Positions 40,763 to 52,011 of a DNA stretch of 64,000 nucleotides are shown one piece after another. How positions within the stretch are numbered: the first letter of the stretch is position 1; the number at the start of each line of letters is the position of its first letter. The DNA comes from Calditrichaceae bacterium (lineage in GTDB: Bacteria > Calditrichota > Calditrichia > Calditrichales > JBFXGD01), in the NCBI GenBank assembly GCA_050173015.1, contig JBFXLE010000001.1:192001-256000 (forward strand), given 5' to 3'. The notes under the pieces are model-generated. The model worked only from the letters and a program-made list of their open reading frames with translations, did not search any database and was not told where the DNA came from. The translations under genes were made by a program, and so were the position numbers.

Positions 40763-42604
40763 ATGAAATCATTTTACAAGCGTATTATCATCATTATCGG
40801 GGTTTTCTTCCTGGCCGTGGGGATCAGCGTTTTTCTGATATACCAGACTTATTCCAACCTTAGTGAACAGTTGATCAGAAGGACATCTCTTCTGCTGGCC
40901 CGGTCGGTTGAAGAAACGCTCATAAACGCGGCGGATCAAAATCTGGAATCGCTTACGTCAAGAGAAAAGAACAGTGTACGAAAACTGATGAGTTCGCTTA
41001 CGACCGAGACGGGTAGTATTTTGCATATCCTGTTGATTAATGATAAGATGAAAATACTTCTCAGCAGTGATAAAGCCGTAGAAGGGAAAAAATATACATC
41101 CACAGAAGAATTGGCTAACCTGACCGGAGACCAGCCCCGGGTCCTCAGCAAGGAATGGGAAGGAAATTTCCGGGTTGTTGATGTCATTGTGCCGCTCAAA
41201 AATAAAGAGGGAAATGTATTTGGATATTTAAGGCTGGTTCTTTCATATAAAGAGCTATACATGCTTTATAAGGATTTATCTCTTATCTTTATCCCCATCA
41301 CCGTTGTATTTACCATACTGATTATATTTACCTTTTATTTTGTTTCGAGAACGTACACCAAACCGCTTGAGTCGATTAAAAAAATGGCCAGCAAATTAAA
41401 TGACGGCGACTTTTCCTACCGAATCAATTACACGGGAAATGATGAGTTTACTGATACTTTTATGAGCCTGAACAGGTCAATCGAAAAGGTGAATATTCTT
41501 AGTGAAAGCTATAAAAAAGCGGAAAAAAGAATTTCGGCATTGCTCAAATTTGCCGATGAAAGCATCATTTTATTGGATCAGGAAGGGCAGATCAGCAGCT
41601 ATAATGACGCGGCCGTAAAACTTTTCCGGTGCGATCATACTGATGACTTTACAGACTATTTTAGTCATATCAAATCACAGAACAAGGAACTGCAAACGGT
41701 GATCGCGAACGCGTTCCGGGGCGGCGCGCTTGAGACAAACAGGGAGATGGCTGTCTGGCTGCCGGACGGCAGAAGTTTGCTGACCCGTGTTTCCACGCAG
41801 GTTCTGAGAGAAGAATCCAGGGTAAACGGTATATTACTCTCCTTTAAAGATCTTCAATTGTTGAATGAACTACAGCACAATCTTCAAAGATCAATGAAAT
41901 TCGGAGTGATTGCCAATCTGGCCTCATCGATCAGTCATGAAATAAAAAACCCGCTTTCATCGCTCGCCATTCACGCCGAAGTCCTGAATGTCAGAATTAA
42001 AAAGATGCAAATTACAGATGACGCGACGGTAACCCGGTCCCTTGATGTGCTCCAGAATGAAGTGAAGAGGCTCAACCGGATTATCAGTCAGTTCTTTAAT
42101 CTGGCGCGAATCAAAAAAACAGATTTAAATCTGATCAACCTGAATTCCATCCTGAAAGATGTCCTGTTTTTAGTTCAGCAGCAGGCAATCGAACGTAATA
42201 TACGTATTGAATCACAACTGGATGATACGATTGATTTTATTTACGGTGATCCTGATCAGCTCAAACAGGTGATACTGAATATTGTATTGAATGGCTTTCA
42301 GGCCATCGATCAAAACGGCATTGTGTTAATTAAGACAAGAAGCTCAAACGACCGGATCTTCGCTGAAATTCAGGATGACGGCAAAGGCATGTCGGCAGAT
42401 GTACAACAGCGGCTTTTTGAACTGTATTTCACGACAAAAAGTGACGGCGGCGGAATCGGTTTAGCCGTAAGTAAAAATATAATGGAAGCGCATGAGGGAC
42501 GTCTCACTTTCGAAAGTGTCGAAGGCAAAGGGACGAAATTCATACTCGATTTTCCAAGAAAAGATAAAACGACGCAAATCCGCAGACAACCGATCAAACA
42601 GTAG
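40763..42604 (+). CDS. Membrane sensor histidine kinase (HAMP, PAS, HisKA, HATPase)
   Basis: Two TMs, SHEIKNPL H-box, QVILNIVLNG N-box, DDGKG, FTTK..GGGIGL. Confidence 0.93.
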   Translation: MKSFYKRIIIIIGVFFLAVGISVFLIYQTYSNLSEQLIRRTSLLLARSVEETLINAADQNLESLTSREKNSVRKLMSSLTTETGSILHILLINDKMKILLSSDKAVEGKKYTSTEELANLTGDQPRVLSKEWEGNFRVVDVIVPLKNKEGNVFGYLRLVLSYKELYMLYKDLSLIFIPITVVFTILIIFTFYFVSRTYTKPLESIKKMASKLNDGDFSYRINYTGNDEFTDTFMSLNRSIEKVNILSESYKKAEKRISALLKFADESIILLDQEGQISSYNDAAVKLFRCDHTDDFTDYFSHIKSQNKELQTVIANAFRGGALETNREMAVWLPDGRSLLTRVSTQVLREESRVNGILLSFKDLQLLNELQHNLQRSMKFGVIANLASSISHEIKNPLSSLAIHAEVLNVRIKKMQITDDATVTRSLDVLQNEVKRLNRIISQFFNLARIKKTDLNLINLNSILKDVLFLVQQQAIERNIRIESQLDDTIDFIYGDPDQLKQVILNIVLNGFQAIDQNGIVLIKTRSSNDRIFAEIQDDGKGMSADVQQRLFELYFTTKSDGGGIGLAVSKNIMEAHEGRLTFESVEGKGTKFILDFPRKDKTTQIRRQPIKQ

Positions 42605-42652
42605 AGTGGACCTGCCGGGACGAATAAACACAAAAAGGAATTAGCAGAATCT

Positions 42653-45600
42653 ATGAGCCAGCTTTATATCTACAAAGGGGCACTGAAAAAATACTATTAT
42701 TTTGAAGATCAAATTAAAAAACATGTTGAGAATGGGAAATCAGATTACCTGGCTATTTTACCGGTAAACAGGGCGGTACGGCTTTTTAAAAAAAGTCTGC
42801 TGGATTCAGCGTCGGGTAACGCGCTAATTGATCCGCCGGTTTTTACATTCGATCAGCTGCTCCTGAAACTTTATGAGAATCATTTTTCCGGAAAGCGGGT
42901 CATTAACAGCGATATGCAACTTTTTATGGTAGAAGAGCTGTTGCGATCGAATTACAGGGAGCTGAAATACCTTCCGGCTAAAGATAAAATTCCGGTAGGC
43001 CTTGTCAAAAAAACGAGCGATATGATCAATGAACTGCGCAGGTTTGGTTATTCATCTTCAAATTTTGAAGATATTGATCTGACCGATATAAGTGAAAATC
43101 AGTTAAAACTCGATGATTTTAAGCTGCTGTTATCCAAGCTGGATGAGCTGCTCGGAGATAAGCTGATCGATGAAGCCTTCGCCATGCATACCGCCGCGGA
43201 ACTACTTGATGAGAAATCGTTTAAACGGATATTTCCGGGAACCCGGTCCGTTTATATCAGCGGCTACGGACTCTTCACACCCGCAATGTATGAATTTATC
43301 GGAAAAATCAAGGAGTGGTGTCAGGTTCATATAAAAATCGAGTATGTTGATCACAATCATGATTTATTCAGGCATACATCCGCTGTCATTTCCCGCTTCG
43401 AGGTAATGGGAGCTCAGGTGGAAACCATATCACATCCGGGACCGTTGGCGAGGAGACTTTTTAATCGCGATCATGAGGAAGAGACAAAAAGCGGCCTGCA
43501 TAATCATGTCGAAATTCAGCCTCTTCAAAATCGCCGTGATGAAGTAGCCTTTATGGCCGCCAAGGCCCGTGATCTTCATCTGAATAAAAAATTGCCCTTA
43601 GACAGAATCGCGCTGACGTTCAGCGATATGGAGAGATATGTACCGCTGATCCGGCAGGTTTTTACCGAACACGGTATTCCCTTCAATCTGTCAACAGGCT
43701 ACAGCCTGAATCAGTCCCCGCTCATACTGGCTTTTTTAAACACGTTACGTCTGGTGGAATCGGGGTTTGAATATCAAAAAGTATTTGATCTGCTTAATTC
43801 CAATCTGATTTATAAGAAAGAACCGATTAATACCACCGCGCTTTATAAATTGATTGTGGAAAACCGCATTAAATATTTACGGCCCGGCTGGCAGGATAAA
43901 ATCTCAATAAAACAGAATCATAAATCAGGGAAAGAAATAGTTTCTGAGATTGAGAAACTGAACAATTTTATAAAGCCTTTTCTTTTAATTCCTCAAAAAG
44001 CGGATATTGCTGAATTTCGATCGCATTTTATAAAACTGCTGAAGACTAACGGACTTTTAACCTGGTATGCCACTGAGAATAAAAATTTGACCGAAAGGCA
44101 AAGGGAAAAGGAATTTCGCGCTTTTAACCGGTTTATGAAACTGTTTGATAAGTTTATCTGGACGATGGAATTCCTAAGTCAGGGAAAACCCATCACGCTC
44201 GATGTTTTTCTGAGACATTTACAAACAGCGGTAGAACGGGCTTCCTTTAATCTTACTGAATGGCCGGGATTCGGAGTCCAGATTATGCCCCGCCTGGAAA
44301 TTCAGGCGATGGACTTTGATGTGTTAATGATCGGAGGGCTGGTGGATGGAGATTTCCCCAGAAGTTCGTCAAAAGATGTGTTTTTCAGTGATCCGGTAAG
44401 GGCCAGAATGGGTCTGGTCGCTGCTGAAGAACTGCTGGATCAGGACCGGTTTATGTTTTATAATTTGCTCGATTCGGGAGCTGATTCAATTTTTTTGACC
44501 TATCCAAAATATGAAGGAGAGCGGGCACTCGTAACTTCTACGTTTATTTCGGAACTTGATGAAATCGCCGATATAAAATTTTCAGATTTGCCGGATGAAA
44601 ATTACTTATACAGTTCCAATAAACTCTGGGAAAAGATGGGACTAAAATTACAGCAGAATAAAATTTCTGAGGCGGAAGAAGCCGCAAAAGATTTAGTTCT
44701 GTTATCCGATGAATCAGATGGCAGAATACGTCATGATCTTATATCTGTTCTGAATCGTATAGGACGATCCCGGCAGCGTATCACAGCGAATGGATTCTCT
44801 GTTTTTGAAGGCAATCTGGAATCCGCTCCTTCGATTGCCGCTGAACTTTCAGAAATATATAAAGATTTTGGCTGGTCGATCAGTTCTCTGGAAGATTACG
44901 CTTTCTGTCCGATGTTTTATTATTTAAAAAGAAAACTTAAGATCGAAGAAACACCTGAATTTGAAGAGGAAATGACCAGTCTTGAACGGGGCAATACTGT
45001 GCATGAGATTCTGTTCAGATTCTACTCTGAACTGGTTGAAAAAGGAGAACAGAACCATCCATCCAAACACAGAGACCGGCTTTTTCAAATTGGCGAAGAA
45101 GTCTTTGACGCTTTGCCGTTTCATGGCTTTTTCTGGGATCTCGAGAAAAAAAGATATTTCGGTGTGCCGGGTACAAAAGGCCTGTTGGACGCTTTTCTTG
45201 AACATGATCAGGATCAAATTGACCAAACGGGATTCGCGCCCGCGTTTCTGGAATATTCATTCGGGTACACAGGTGATTCGGCGGCGGGCAAGTCATCAGT
45301 TAAAACAACCGCGCGCCTTGAAAATGAAAAGGGAGGCATAAGATTAAGCGGCAAGCTGGATCGCGCGGACATGAACTCCAAAGATCAGATTTTGATATTT
45401 GATTACAAAACCGGTTCAAAGGCTGAGAACATTAAGGCCAGACAGATCCTGGACGGTATCAGCTTTCAGTTGCCATTTTATATCTTAGCGTTTCAAAAAT
45501 TAAAACCTGAATTGGATCCGGTCTATGCCGGATATTTTCAGGTGAAAGACGCGGAAAAATGTCAACGGATTCACGTCATGGCCGACAAGAATAAAATTAA

Positions 45601-45862
45601 TTTTGATTTAGGAAGAAGCAACGCTTCGCTGCCGAATAAAAAAGTCACGGATGAAGCTGGAAATGAGCTGACCTTTGATGATCTGCTCGAACATTCCCTT
45701 GCTACGGCTGTGGACAAGGTTGAAGAATTAAAGCAGGGGATGTTTCGTCATACGATGTATCCGAAGCAATATTTTTGCGAGAGTCTGTGTGAATACCGCC
45801 GTATGTGTCAGAAAAATGTGGCTAAACTCAAAAAAATGGCCGGGAGAGATGATGATGAGTAA
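42653..45862 (+). CDS. addB: AddB/RexB-like subunit with PD-(D/E)XK nuclease
   Basis: SISSLEDYAFCP, GKLDRAD, IFDYKTG, QLPFY; C-terminal C-x3-C-x5-C plus upstream Cys (Fe-S staple); precedes addA. Confidence 0.8.
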   Translation: MSQLYIYKGALKKYYYFEDQIKKHVENGKSDYLAILPVNRAVRLFKKSLLDSASGNALIDPPVFTFDQLLLKLYENHFSGKRVINSDMQLFMVEELLRSNYRELKYLPAKDKIPVGLVKKTSDMINELRRFGYSSSNFEDIDLTDISENQLKLDDFKLLLSKLDELLGDKLIDEAFAMHTAAELLDEKSFKRIFPGTRSVYISGYGLFTPAMYEFIGKIKEWCQVHIKIEYVDHNHDLFRHTSAVISRFEVMGAQVETISHPGPLARRLFNRDHEEETKSGLHNHVEIQPLQNRRDEVAFMAAKARDLHLNKKLPLDRIALTFSDMERYVPLIRQVFTEHGIPFNLSTGYSLNQSPLILAFLNTLRLVESGFEYQKVFDLLNSNLIYKKEPINTTALYKLIVENRIKYLRPGWQDKISIKQNHKSGKEIVSEIEKLNNFIKPFLLIPQKADIAEFRSHFIKLLKTNGLLTWYATENKNLTERQREKEFRAFNRFMKLFDKFIWTMEFLSQGKPITLDVFLRHLQTAVERASFNLTEWPGFGVQIMPRLEIQAMDFDVLMIGGLVDGDFPRSSSKDVFFSDPVRARMGLVAAEELLDQDRFMFYNLLDSGADSIFLTYPKYEGERALVTSTFISELDEIADIKFSDLPDENYLYSSNKLWEKMGLKLQQNKISEAEEAAKDLVLLSDESDGRIRHDLISVLNRIGRSRQRITANGFSVFEGNLESAPSIAAELSEIYKDFGWSISSLEDYAFCPMFYYLKRKLKIEETPEFEEEMTSLERGNTVHEILFRFYSELVEKGEQNHPSKHRDRLFQIGEEVFDALPFHGFFWDLEKKRYFGVPGTKGLLDAFLEHDQDQIDQTGFAPAFLEYSFGYTGDSAAGKSSVKTTARLENEKGGIRLSGKLDRADMNSKDQILIFDYKTGSKAENIKARQILDGISFQLPFYILAFQKLKPELDPVYAGYFQVKDAEKCQRIHVMADKNKINFDLGRSNASLPNKKVTDEAGNELTFDDLLEHSLATAVDKVEELKQGMFRHTMYPKQYFCESLCEYRRMCQKNVAKLKKMAGRDDDE

Positions 45863-45961
45863 TTCCGGTCGGTATTTAGGATAAAATTAGTTTAAATATT
45901 ATTAAACAACATCGATATTACGGGCCCGTCAAAAGAAGGCCCGACAACAAGAAGGAAAAAC

Positions 45962-48900
45962 ATGCCTGAATTGACCATTGCTCAGCAAAAAGCGCTGGTG
46001 CTGGATAAAAATATTTCTGTTACCGCGGGTGCGGGATCGGGAAAGACAAAAATTCTGGTTGACCGTTACCTGAAAATTGTGATGCTTGATCCGCGAAAAG
46101 TCAGAAAAGTTCTGGCCATTACTTTTACAGATAAAGCCGCGGGTGAGATGCAGGAACGTATTGCGGAGGAAGTCAACCGTAAACTGACCACTACAGAAAA
46201 TCCGGATGAAAGAAAAAAACTGCTAAAGATTCGTGATCAGCTGAATTCGGCGTTTATTTCAACCATACACGGTTTTTGCTCGCGGCTTTTGCGTGAATTC
46301 CCGCTTGAAGCCGGTCTTGTACCCGATTTTTCGGTTATGGATGAGATAAAGCAATCGGTAATGATAAATGAAGCGATAAAAAAGATTTTTGAGAAGATCG
46401 ACAGCAGTAAAGAGACTACTGAGATTGAAGAATGGGCAAAACTCTTTTTCGAGCTGTCCGGAAAATCAATCATTGATATGCTTCGGGAAGCTCTTGGAAA
46501 GCCCTGGGAAATGAATCAGATTATTGAAATCTATCGGGACCGGGATGAAGAAGAATATATAAAATTTTTAGAGAGTTCATGGCTTGAACTCTTTAGTCAG
46601 AGTCTGGGTAATCCGAATATTGATGAATTTGTCCAACTAAGTGATCAAATTGTCGCGCTGGACAGCGTCACGAATAAGAACAAAGCCGGTAAAGATCTCC
46701 TGGATACGTTGAACTCTCTGCGGGAGAATTACCGACGCGATAAAAATGATTTGCAGACAAAAGCAGTATTTGTTCGTCTGATTAAGCAATCCACATCCGC
46801 AAAAGGAAACGCGTATAAAAACTTAGCTCACTTAGGAACCAATGACGGGTGGTCTCCGCCCGCGCGTCCCCTGGTAAAACAATTAAGTATTATGTCCGAA
46901 TCTCATGCTCAGAATATCCAAACAGTTGATCCCGGTGAACCGCCAAATGAAAATGATCGTAAATGGTTCAGGCTGTTAAAAATATTTATCAATCTGTTTA
47001 TACTTGTCCGGCGGCAATATGTCGAAATGAAAGAAGATAATGGGTGTGTTGATTTTGAGGATCTGCAATCACTGTCCTTAAAACTTCTTACGGAAAATGA
47101 AACGGTGTTGTCGGAATTTCAAAACAGATTTGAGTATATCATGGTTGATGAGTTCCAGGATACAAATGAGCTGCAGTGGCAGATAGTCACGGCACTGGGA
47201 AATAAAGGATCCGGACCGGAAAAAGTGTTTGTAGTGGGTGATCCAAAGCAGTCTATTTATGGTTTCCGCAACGCGGACATACGGGTATTCAGGCATGTTA
47301 AAAATTTATTCGCGGAGCAAGCGGGATATAAAACAGAAACCGAATACGACGGTAACGTGATTTTTTCAGAGAGTTTCCGCTTTCTGCCGCGATTGAACGC
47401 GTTTATCAATCACCTGTTTAGTGATATACTTAGGGAAAACCCCGAAAATCCATTCGAAGTGGGATATAATCCATTGACTTCAAAACGCGATTTGCCGGGA
47501 AAGGGCTGGGCGGAGCTGGCGATTCTTGACTCCACTGATCCCGAGTCCCCCGGTGAGGCGGAATACATCGCCTGGAAAATAAGAAATTTGATTGACGGAT
47601 CGATGCCCTGTTATAAATGGGATACAGAAGAAAAGGAACTGCCGCTGGAGTATGGGGACATCACAATTCTTCTGAAAAACAGAAATCGTTTGCTTGAGGT
47701 AGAAGAAGCCCTGAGGAGAAAAGGAATACCCTTTAAAACGGTTGGCGGGATTGGATTCTGGCAGCGTCAGGAAATTTTTGATTTTTATCATCTACTCAGA
47801 TTTATCAGCAATCCCGGGGATGACTTTGCCTTAATCGCCCTCCTACGCTCAAGAGTTTTTTTAATCCCGGACAGCGCTTTATATCTTCTCGCGAGCGAAG
47901 AGGGTAATACTTATCTTGAAAAACTTTCCGCTGAATTTAATCAGACCGGATATTCTGAAGAGGATATTGAACAACTTCGCGCCGCCGGCCAACTGGCTTC
48001 CAAATGGTTGGAATGCCGTGATCGTATGAGTCTGTTCGATTTGCTGAATATGATTATCGATGATGTTAGATTAAGGGCGGTTTTGAGCGCCGAATTGGAC
48101 GGTGAGCAGCTTTCCGCCAATCTGGAGAAAGTCATCGATCTGGCAAGTGCATTTGACAGCGGGGGATTGGGCGGATTTCAGGATTTCATGAGCAGCGTGG
48201 AAGATTTAATCGACAGGGAAATAAAGGAAGCCGAAGCGCAGGTAACTCTTGAGGACAGAGGGACTGTAAAGATTATGACGATTCATGCTTCCAAGGGGCT
48301 TCAGTTTCCGGTTATCTTCGCGCCCTATCTCAATCAAAAACAGAAAAACAGAAGCGCTTCAATTCTCATTGATACAAATTTAGGGTTCAGCGCAAAATTG
48401 AGACCCAACAATGGTGAAAAGGAACCGCGGGATCACCTTCTCCATCGCCTGATTAAATTCCGTGAATACAGGAAACAGATTGCCGAATTGAAACGACTTT
48501 TTTATGTGGCTGTGACAAGATCAAGTAATTACCTGTTTCTATCTTCAACTGTCAAGAAAGAGAAAATTGAGGCGGATTCAGCGTTAAGCTGGATTTTCAG
48601 CCGTTTCGGGTTAGATTTGGCGTCTTTAAATGAAATTAAAAGAATTGAAATGGAAGAATTTGATGTTTCTGTAGTCACCGGATTTGATGATACCGGGGCA
48701 CCGGAAAGTGATTATGAGAGTTTTTATAAAGGTCTGCGCCGTCTTTCGCAAATAGCCCTGGGGGAGGACAAATATTCTGAGAATATACCGGAATATTTAA
48801 TCCCTTTGAAAGGAAAAGTCCGTGGCCGAACATTTTCCGCGACTCAGATCATGACATATCTTCAGGATAAAGATGAATATTTCCGCAGATACCATCTTGG

Positions 48901-49522
48901 CTTTTTTGAAGGTGACTATGAGACCTTCGCGGATGATGTTCGTAAGACAGATCACGCGTTGTTGAAGGGCAAAATGGTGCACCGTTATCTGGAACTGATG
49001 CACAAAGATGCCGATCCGGAAGATAAAATCATCGATCAGATATTATTTGAATTTGATATTTTTGAATCAAAATTAAGGGAAGAATTCAGATTGGATTTGG
49101 TAAATCTGAACAGGGATGTCCTTAATTCACCGGTCGGTAGAGAAATAATCCGCGCGGCTGACGCCAAAAACGAAACATCCGTGACAATGAAGATCGGAGA
49201 TGACTATTTTACCGGGACGCTTGACAGGATATACAAGGATGAAAGCGGAGAATGGCTGGTCGCGGACTACAAAACAAACCGGATCACGGAAGACCGAATA
49301 AATAGTGAAGGCCTCAAATACGAATGGCAGATAAAATCCTATGCCCTGCTCCTAAGCCGGCTTTTTCCTGATCAGGCGCGATATAGAATCAATCTGTACT
49401 TTATAAAACCGGATCGTATATACCAGCGGAGTTTCAGCCGGGAAGATGTATTGGATATTGAGAATTTCTTTAAGGATAAAATTGATGAAATAAAGAATAC
49501 CTTCCCGGTTTATCTGCCCTGA
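45962..49522 (+). CDS. addA: AddA/UvrD-like helicase-nuclease
   Basis: AGAGSGKT, TFTDKAA, VDEFQDT, VGDPKQSIY, TIHASKGL, YVAVTR, C-terminal DRI...DYKT nuclease. Confidence 0.88.
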   Translation: MPELTIAQQKALVLDKNISVTAGAGSGKTKILVDRYLKIVMLDPRKVRKVLAITFTDKAAGEMQERIAEEVNRKLTTTENPDERKKLLKIRDQLNSAFISTIHGFCSRLLREFPLEAGLVPDFSVMDEIKQSVMINEAIKKIFEKIDSSKETTEIEEWAKLFFELSGKSIIDMLREALGKPWEMNQIIEIYRDRDEEEYIKFLESSWLELFSQSLGNPNIDEFVQLSDQIVALDSVTNKNKAGKDLLDTLNSLRENYRRDKNDLQTKAVFVRLIKQSTSAKGNAYKNLAHLGTNDGWSPPARPLVKQLSIMSESHAQNIQTVDPGEPPNENDRKWFRLLKIFINLFILVRRQYVEMKEDNGCVDFEDLQSLSLKLLTENETVLSEFQNRFEYIMVDEFQDTNELQWQIVTALGNKGSGPEKVFVVGDPKQSIYGFRNADIRVFRHVKNLFAEQAGYKTETEYDGNVIFSESFRFLPRLNAFINHLFSDILRENPENPFEVGYNPLTSKRDLPGKGWAELAILDSTDPESPGEAEYIAWKIRNLIDGSMPCYKWDTEEKELPLEYGDITILLKNRNRLLEVEEALRRKGIPFKTVGGIGFWQRQEIFDFYHLLRFISNPGDDFALIALLRSRVFLIPDSALYLLASEEGNTYLEKLSAEFNQTGYSEEDIEQLRAAGQLASKWLECRDRMSLFDLLNMIIDDVRLRAVLSAELDGEQLSANLEKVIDLASAFDSGGLGGFQDFMSSVEDLIDREIKEAEAQVTLEDRGTVKIMTIHASKGLQFPVIFAPYLNQKQKNRSASILIDTNLGFSAKLRPNNGEKEPRDHLLHRLIKFREYRKQIAELKRLFYVAVTRSSNYLFLSSTVKKEKIEADSALSWIFSRFGLDLASLNEIKRIEMEEFDVSVVTGFDDTGAPESDYESFYKGLRRLSQIALGEDKYSENIPEYLIPLKGKVRGRTFSATQIMTYLQDKDEYFRRYHLGFFEGDYETFADDVRKTDHALLKGKMVHRYLELMHKDADPEDKIIDQILFEFDIFESKLREEFRLDLVNLNRDVLNSPVGREIIRAADAKNETSVTMKIGDDYFTGTLDRIYKDESGEWLVADYKTNRITEDRINSEGLKYEWQIKSYALLLSRLFPDQARYRINLYFIKPDRIYQRSFSREDVLDIENFFKDKIDEIKNTFPVYLP

Positions 49523-50733
49523 TTATTCCGCGTTTTTTGACTACTGTTCAAGGCGGGGTGAGGACTGGATATAAATCGTTTCCACGCGAGCGGAATGAGC
49601 AGAATCAGCAAAAGCGCGCTGACAATCCCCGGAGCGGAGGCGCCGTATTGTTCCAGAACATATCCGCCGGCGGAAGGCGCTATGACACGTGTCAAGCTGT
49701 CGAGAGAGGCCGAAATACCAAGAATACCTCCTATTTCTTTCTTTGATACCGCGATACTTAATGAACTGTTGATTACCGTATTAAAAACACCGCTGGATAA
49801 TGCCAAAGGTATGAGAACAATCAGAAGTACCGGGACCGTATAGGTAAATGCCCAAAATAAGAGAGAAAATCCCATTAAGACCATGGAACTGAAGAGCAGG
49901 CGTCCTTCAGTAATTCTTGAAGTTAGCGCGCCTATGGCAAATGCCTGAACAATCACAATCAACAAACCTACATAGGCCAGTATATATCCGGTTGACTGAG
50001 CGTTAAGCGAGAGGCGGTATTGAGCAAACAAAGCAAATACCGTAGTAAACATCGCGAACGAGAGGCTGAACAAAAAGCGCGTTTGCAGCAGTGTTCCAAC
50101 CAAAGGCCGGGTTAATGCATCGGATAAGGCTGAAAAACTTATCGGCGGTTTTTGATTCGCTGAATGGTTTTCCCTGTCTTCCACTGTTAATGTTTCGGGA
50201 AGCCAATGATAAACGGCAAAAAGACTGGCAAGATTCAAAACACCTGCCGCATAGGCGGGCGCGCCATAGCCCCATACGCTCAATGCGCCTCCCAGAGCCG
50301 GACCGGTTATAAAACCGAGTCCGAAAGCGGCGGCAATAAGCCCCAGACCCTTCGCGCGGTCTTTTTCATCGGTGATGTCGGCTATATAAGCCTGGGCCAC
50401 GGAAATATTTCCGCTCATAAAGCCGGATACTATGCGGCTGAAAAATAGAAGTGACAATGATGAAGCATTGGCAAATATTATATAACCTAGAACCGAACCG
50501 GCAATGCTGTACATTAACGCCGGACGTCTGCCGAATTTATCAGAAAAACGTCCGATCAGTGGCGCGCCGATCAGTTGAGCCCCCGCGTAGGAAGCAACCA
50601 GAAACCCAACCTGCGTGGGGTGGGCTCCAAATGTCTCCGCATAGTACGGGAGCAAGGGAATGATAACTCCAAATCCGATCAGATTCAGGAAGGCGACCAC
50701 AAATATCGCGGTCATGCGGGAATCGATTTTCAA
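49510..50733 (-). CDS. MFS transporter, TetA/DHA1-like
   Basis: GRFSDKFGRRP motif A, AYIADIT, GFITGPALGG motif C. Confidence 0.9.
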   Translation of the reverse strand: MKIDSRMTAIFVVAFLNLIGFGVIIPLLPYYAETFGAHPTQVGFLVASYAGAQLIGAPLIGRFSDKFGRRPALMYSIAGSVLGYIIFANASSLSLLFFSRIVSGFMSGNISVAQAYIADITDEKDRAKGLGLIAAAFGLGFITGPALGGALSVWGYGAPAYAAGVLNLASLFAVYHWLPETLTVEDRENHSANQKPPISFSALSDALTRPLVGTLLQTRFLFSLSFAMFTTVFALFAQYRLSLNAQSTGYILAYVGLLIVIVQAFAIGALTSRITEGRLLFSSMVLMGFSLLFWAFTYTVPVLLIVLIPLALSSGVFNTVINSSLSIAVSKKEIGGILGISASLDSLTRVIAPSAGGYVLEQYGASAPGIVSALLLILLIPLAWKRFISSPHPALNSSQKTRNNQGR

Positions 50734-51063
50734 ACTAATAAGACTCCGAATAGAAAAAAGTAAAAATTTGTCAGGTTAATTGTGTTTTGTTTTGAATATA
50801 TATATCTTAACAAAGAATTGTGTCCACATCAACGTCTGAATTTTGCCTGGAGAATGGATAAAAATGTTTCCTTCATTGTTGAAATTTTAAAAAGACAATT
50901 TTACATTCCGGTAACATTCAAAATAATAAATTTACAGTACAGAGGAATTTAACTGAACCCCAAAAAAAGATCACATTTCAGATTTTTCCGGAGAGTCAGA
51001 GTAACCCGGAATCAAAAAAGCGAACAAACAAAACAGACAGCGCTTGTATATTATTTACGCGGA

Positions 51064-51876
51064 TTGAAGACACGCGCCGGTTCTCATCATATTTTTATTC
51101 TTGGAGGCGGCCTGGCATTTTCAATGTTTGCCTGTATTATGCCGTTTATACTGGTGATTTTTTATGTGGTGGGAAATCTACTCGAAATTTCATCAATCCG
51201 CGAGCAATTAGATGTTGTTGTGGAAACCCTTATCCCGTATTCCAATTACTCGGCGGTTGTAAAAGATATTTTAAATTCACGGGTTGAAGAATTTATAAAA
51301 TACAAAAAAATAGCCGGTTATTTTGGGGTCATCGGGCTGATACTCGCGTCAAGCGGCTTTTTTTCAAGCCTCAGAACGATTCTAAACAGTGTCTATAATA
51401 TTAAAGAGACCCCGCATTTTCTGATTGCAAAACTGAGAGATTTTGGCATGGTGATTTTGCTCATGATTCTTTTCCTCAGTTCGGCAATGCTTCTTCCATT
51501 TTTTCACACGGCTAAAACACTGGCGCGAAACTTTCCATATACTCACTGGTTTGGTTCGCTAAATATCAATTCTTTTTTACTGTTCATTTTTTCTTCAATC
51601 TCGTTATTCGCGGTGTTTTTTCTGTTTTATAAGGTGATTCCTTATCGAAAAATGAAAAAACGAATTGTCAGTGTCAGCGCATTTTGGGCTGTGGCATTTT
51701 GGATTACCGCTCAACAGGTATTCGGGTATTATCTTTCAAACTTCGCGTCGCTCAACCAGATCTATGGCACCTATCTGCTTTTTGCGGTCGTTGCTTTCTG
51801 GATATATTATTCAGCCATAATTTTTATTGTAGGAGCCGAAATAGGGCAGTTGTACAAGGAGAGGCATGGACTATAA
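51064..51876 (+). CDS. YihY/virulence factor BrkB family membrane protein (start may lie upstream)
   Basis: GGLAFS, LNSVY, YKVIP, IYG, GAEI motifs; multiple TMs. Confidence 0.85.
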   Translation: MKTRAGSHHIFILGGGLAFSMFACIMPFILVIFYVVGNLLEISSIREQLDVVVETLIPYSNYSAVVKDILNSRVEEFIKYKKIAGYFGVIGLILASSGFFSSLRTILNSVYNIKETPHFLIAKLRDFGMVILLMILFLSSAMLLPFFHTAKTLARNFPYTHWFGSLNINSFLLFIFSSISLFAVFFLFYKVIPYRKMKKRIVSVSAFWAVAFWITAQQVFGYYLSNFASLNQIYGTYLLFAVVAFWIYYSAIIFIVGAEIGQLYKERHGL

Positions 51877-52011
51877 CTGATTGAAGATCCCACCCGCAAA
51901 ATTTTTCATTCCTTGCATTTATATCACCATCTGAATATTTTGATTATCGACTTTAATAGAGAGAAAAATGTAGAATAGTAAAATGCAGATACATATTCAA
52001 TCAGATCACAA

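Noticed and set aside
45921-45943. Hairpin cgggcc...ggcccg between addB and addA
   Set aside because: Only a 6-bp stem with no + strand U tract; not supportable as a terminator or regulatory RNA
49510-50733. Tetracycline resistance gene call
   Set aside because: Only generic DHA1/TetA-like MFS motifs; no TetR or mobile context; substrate cannot be inferred
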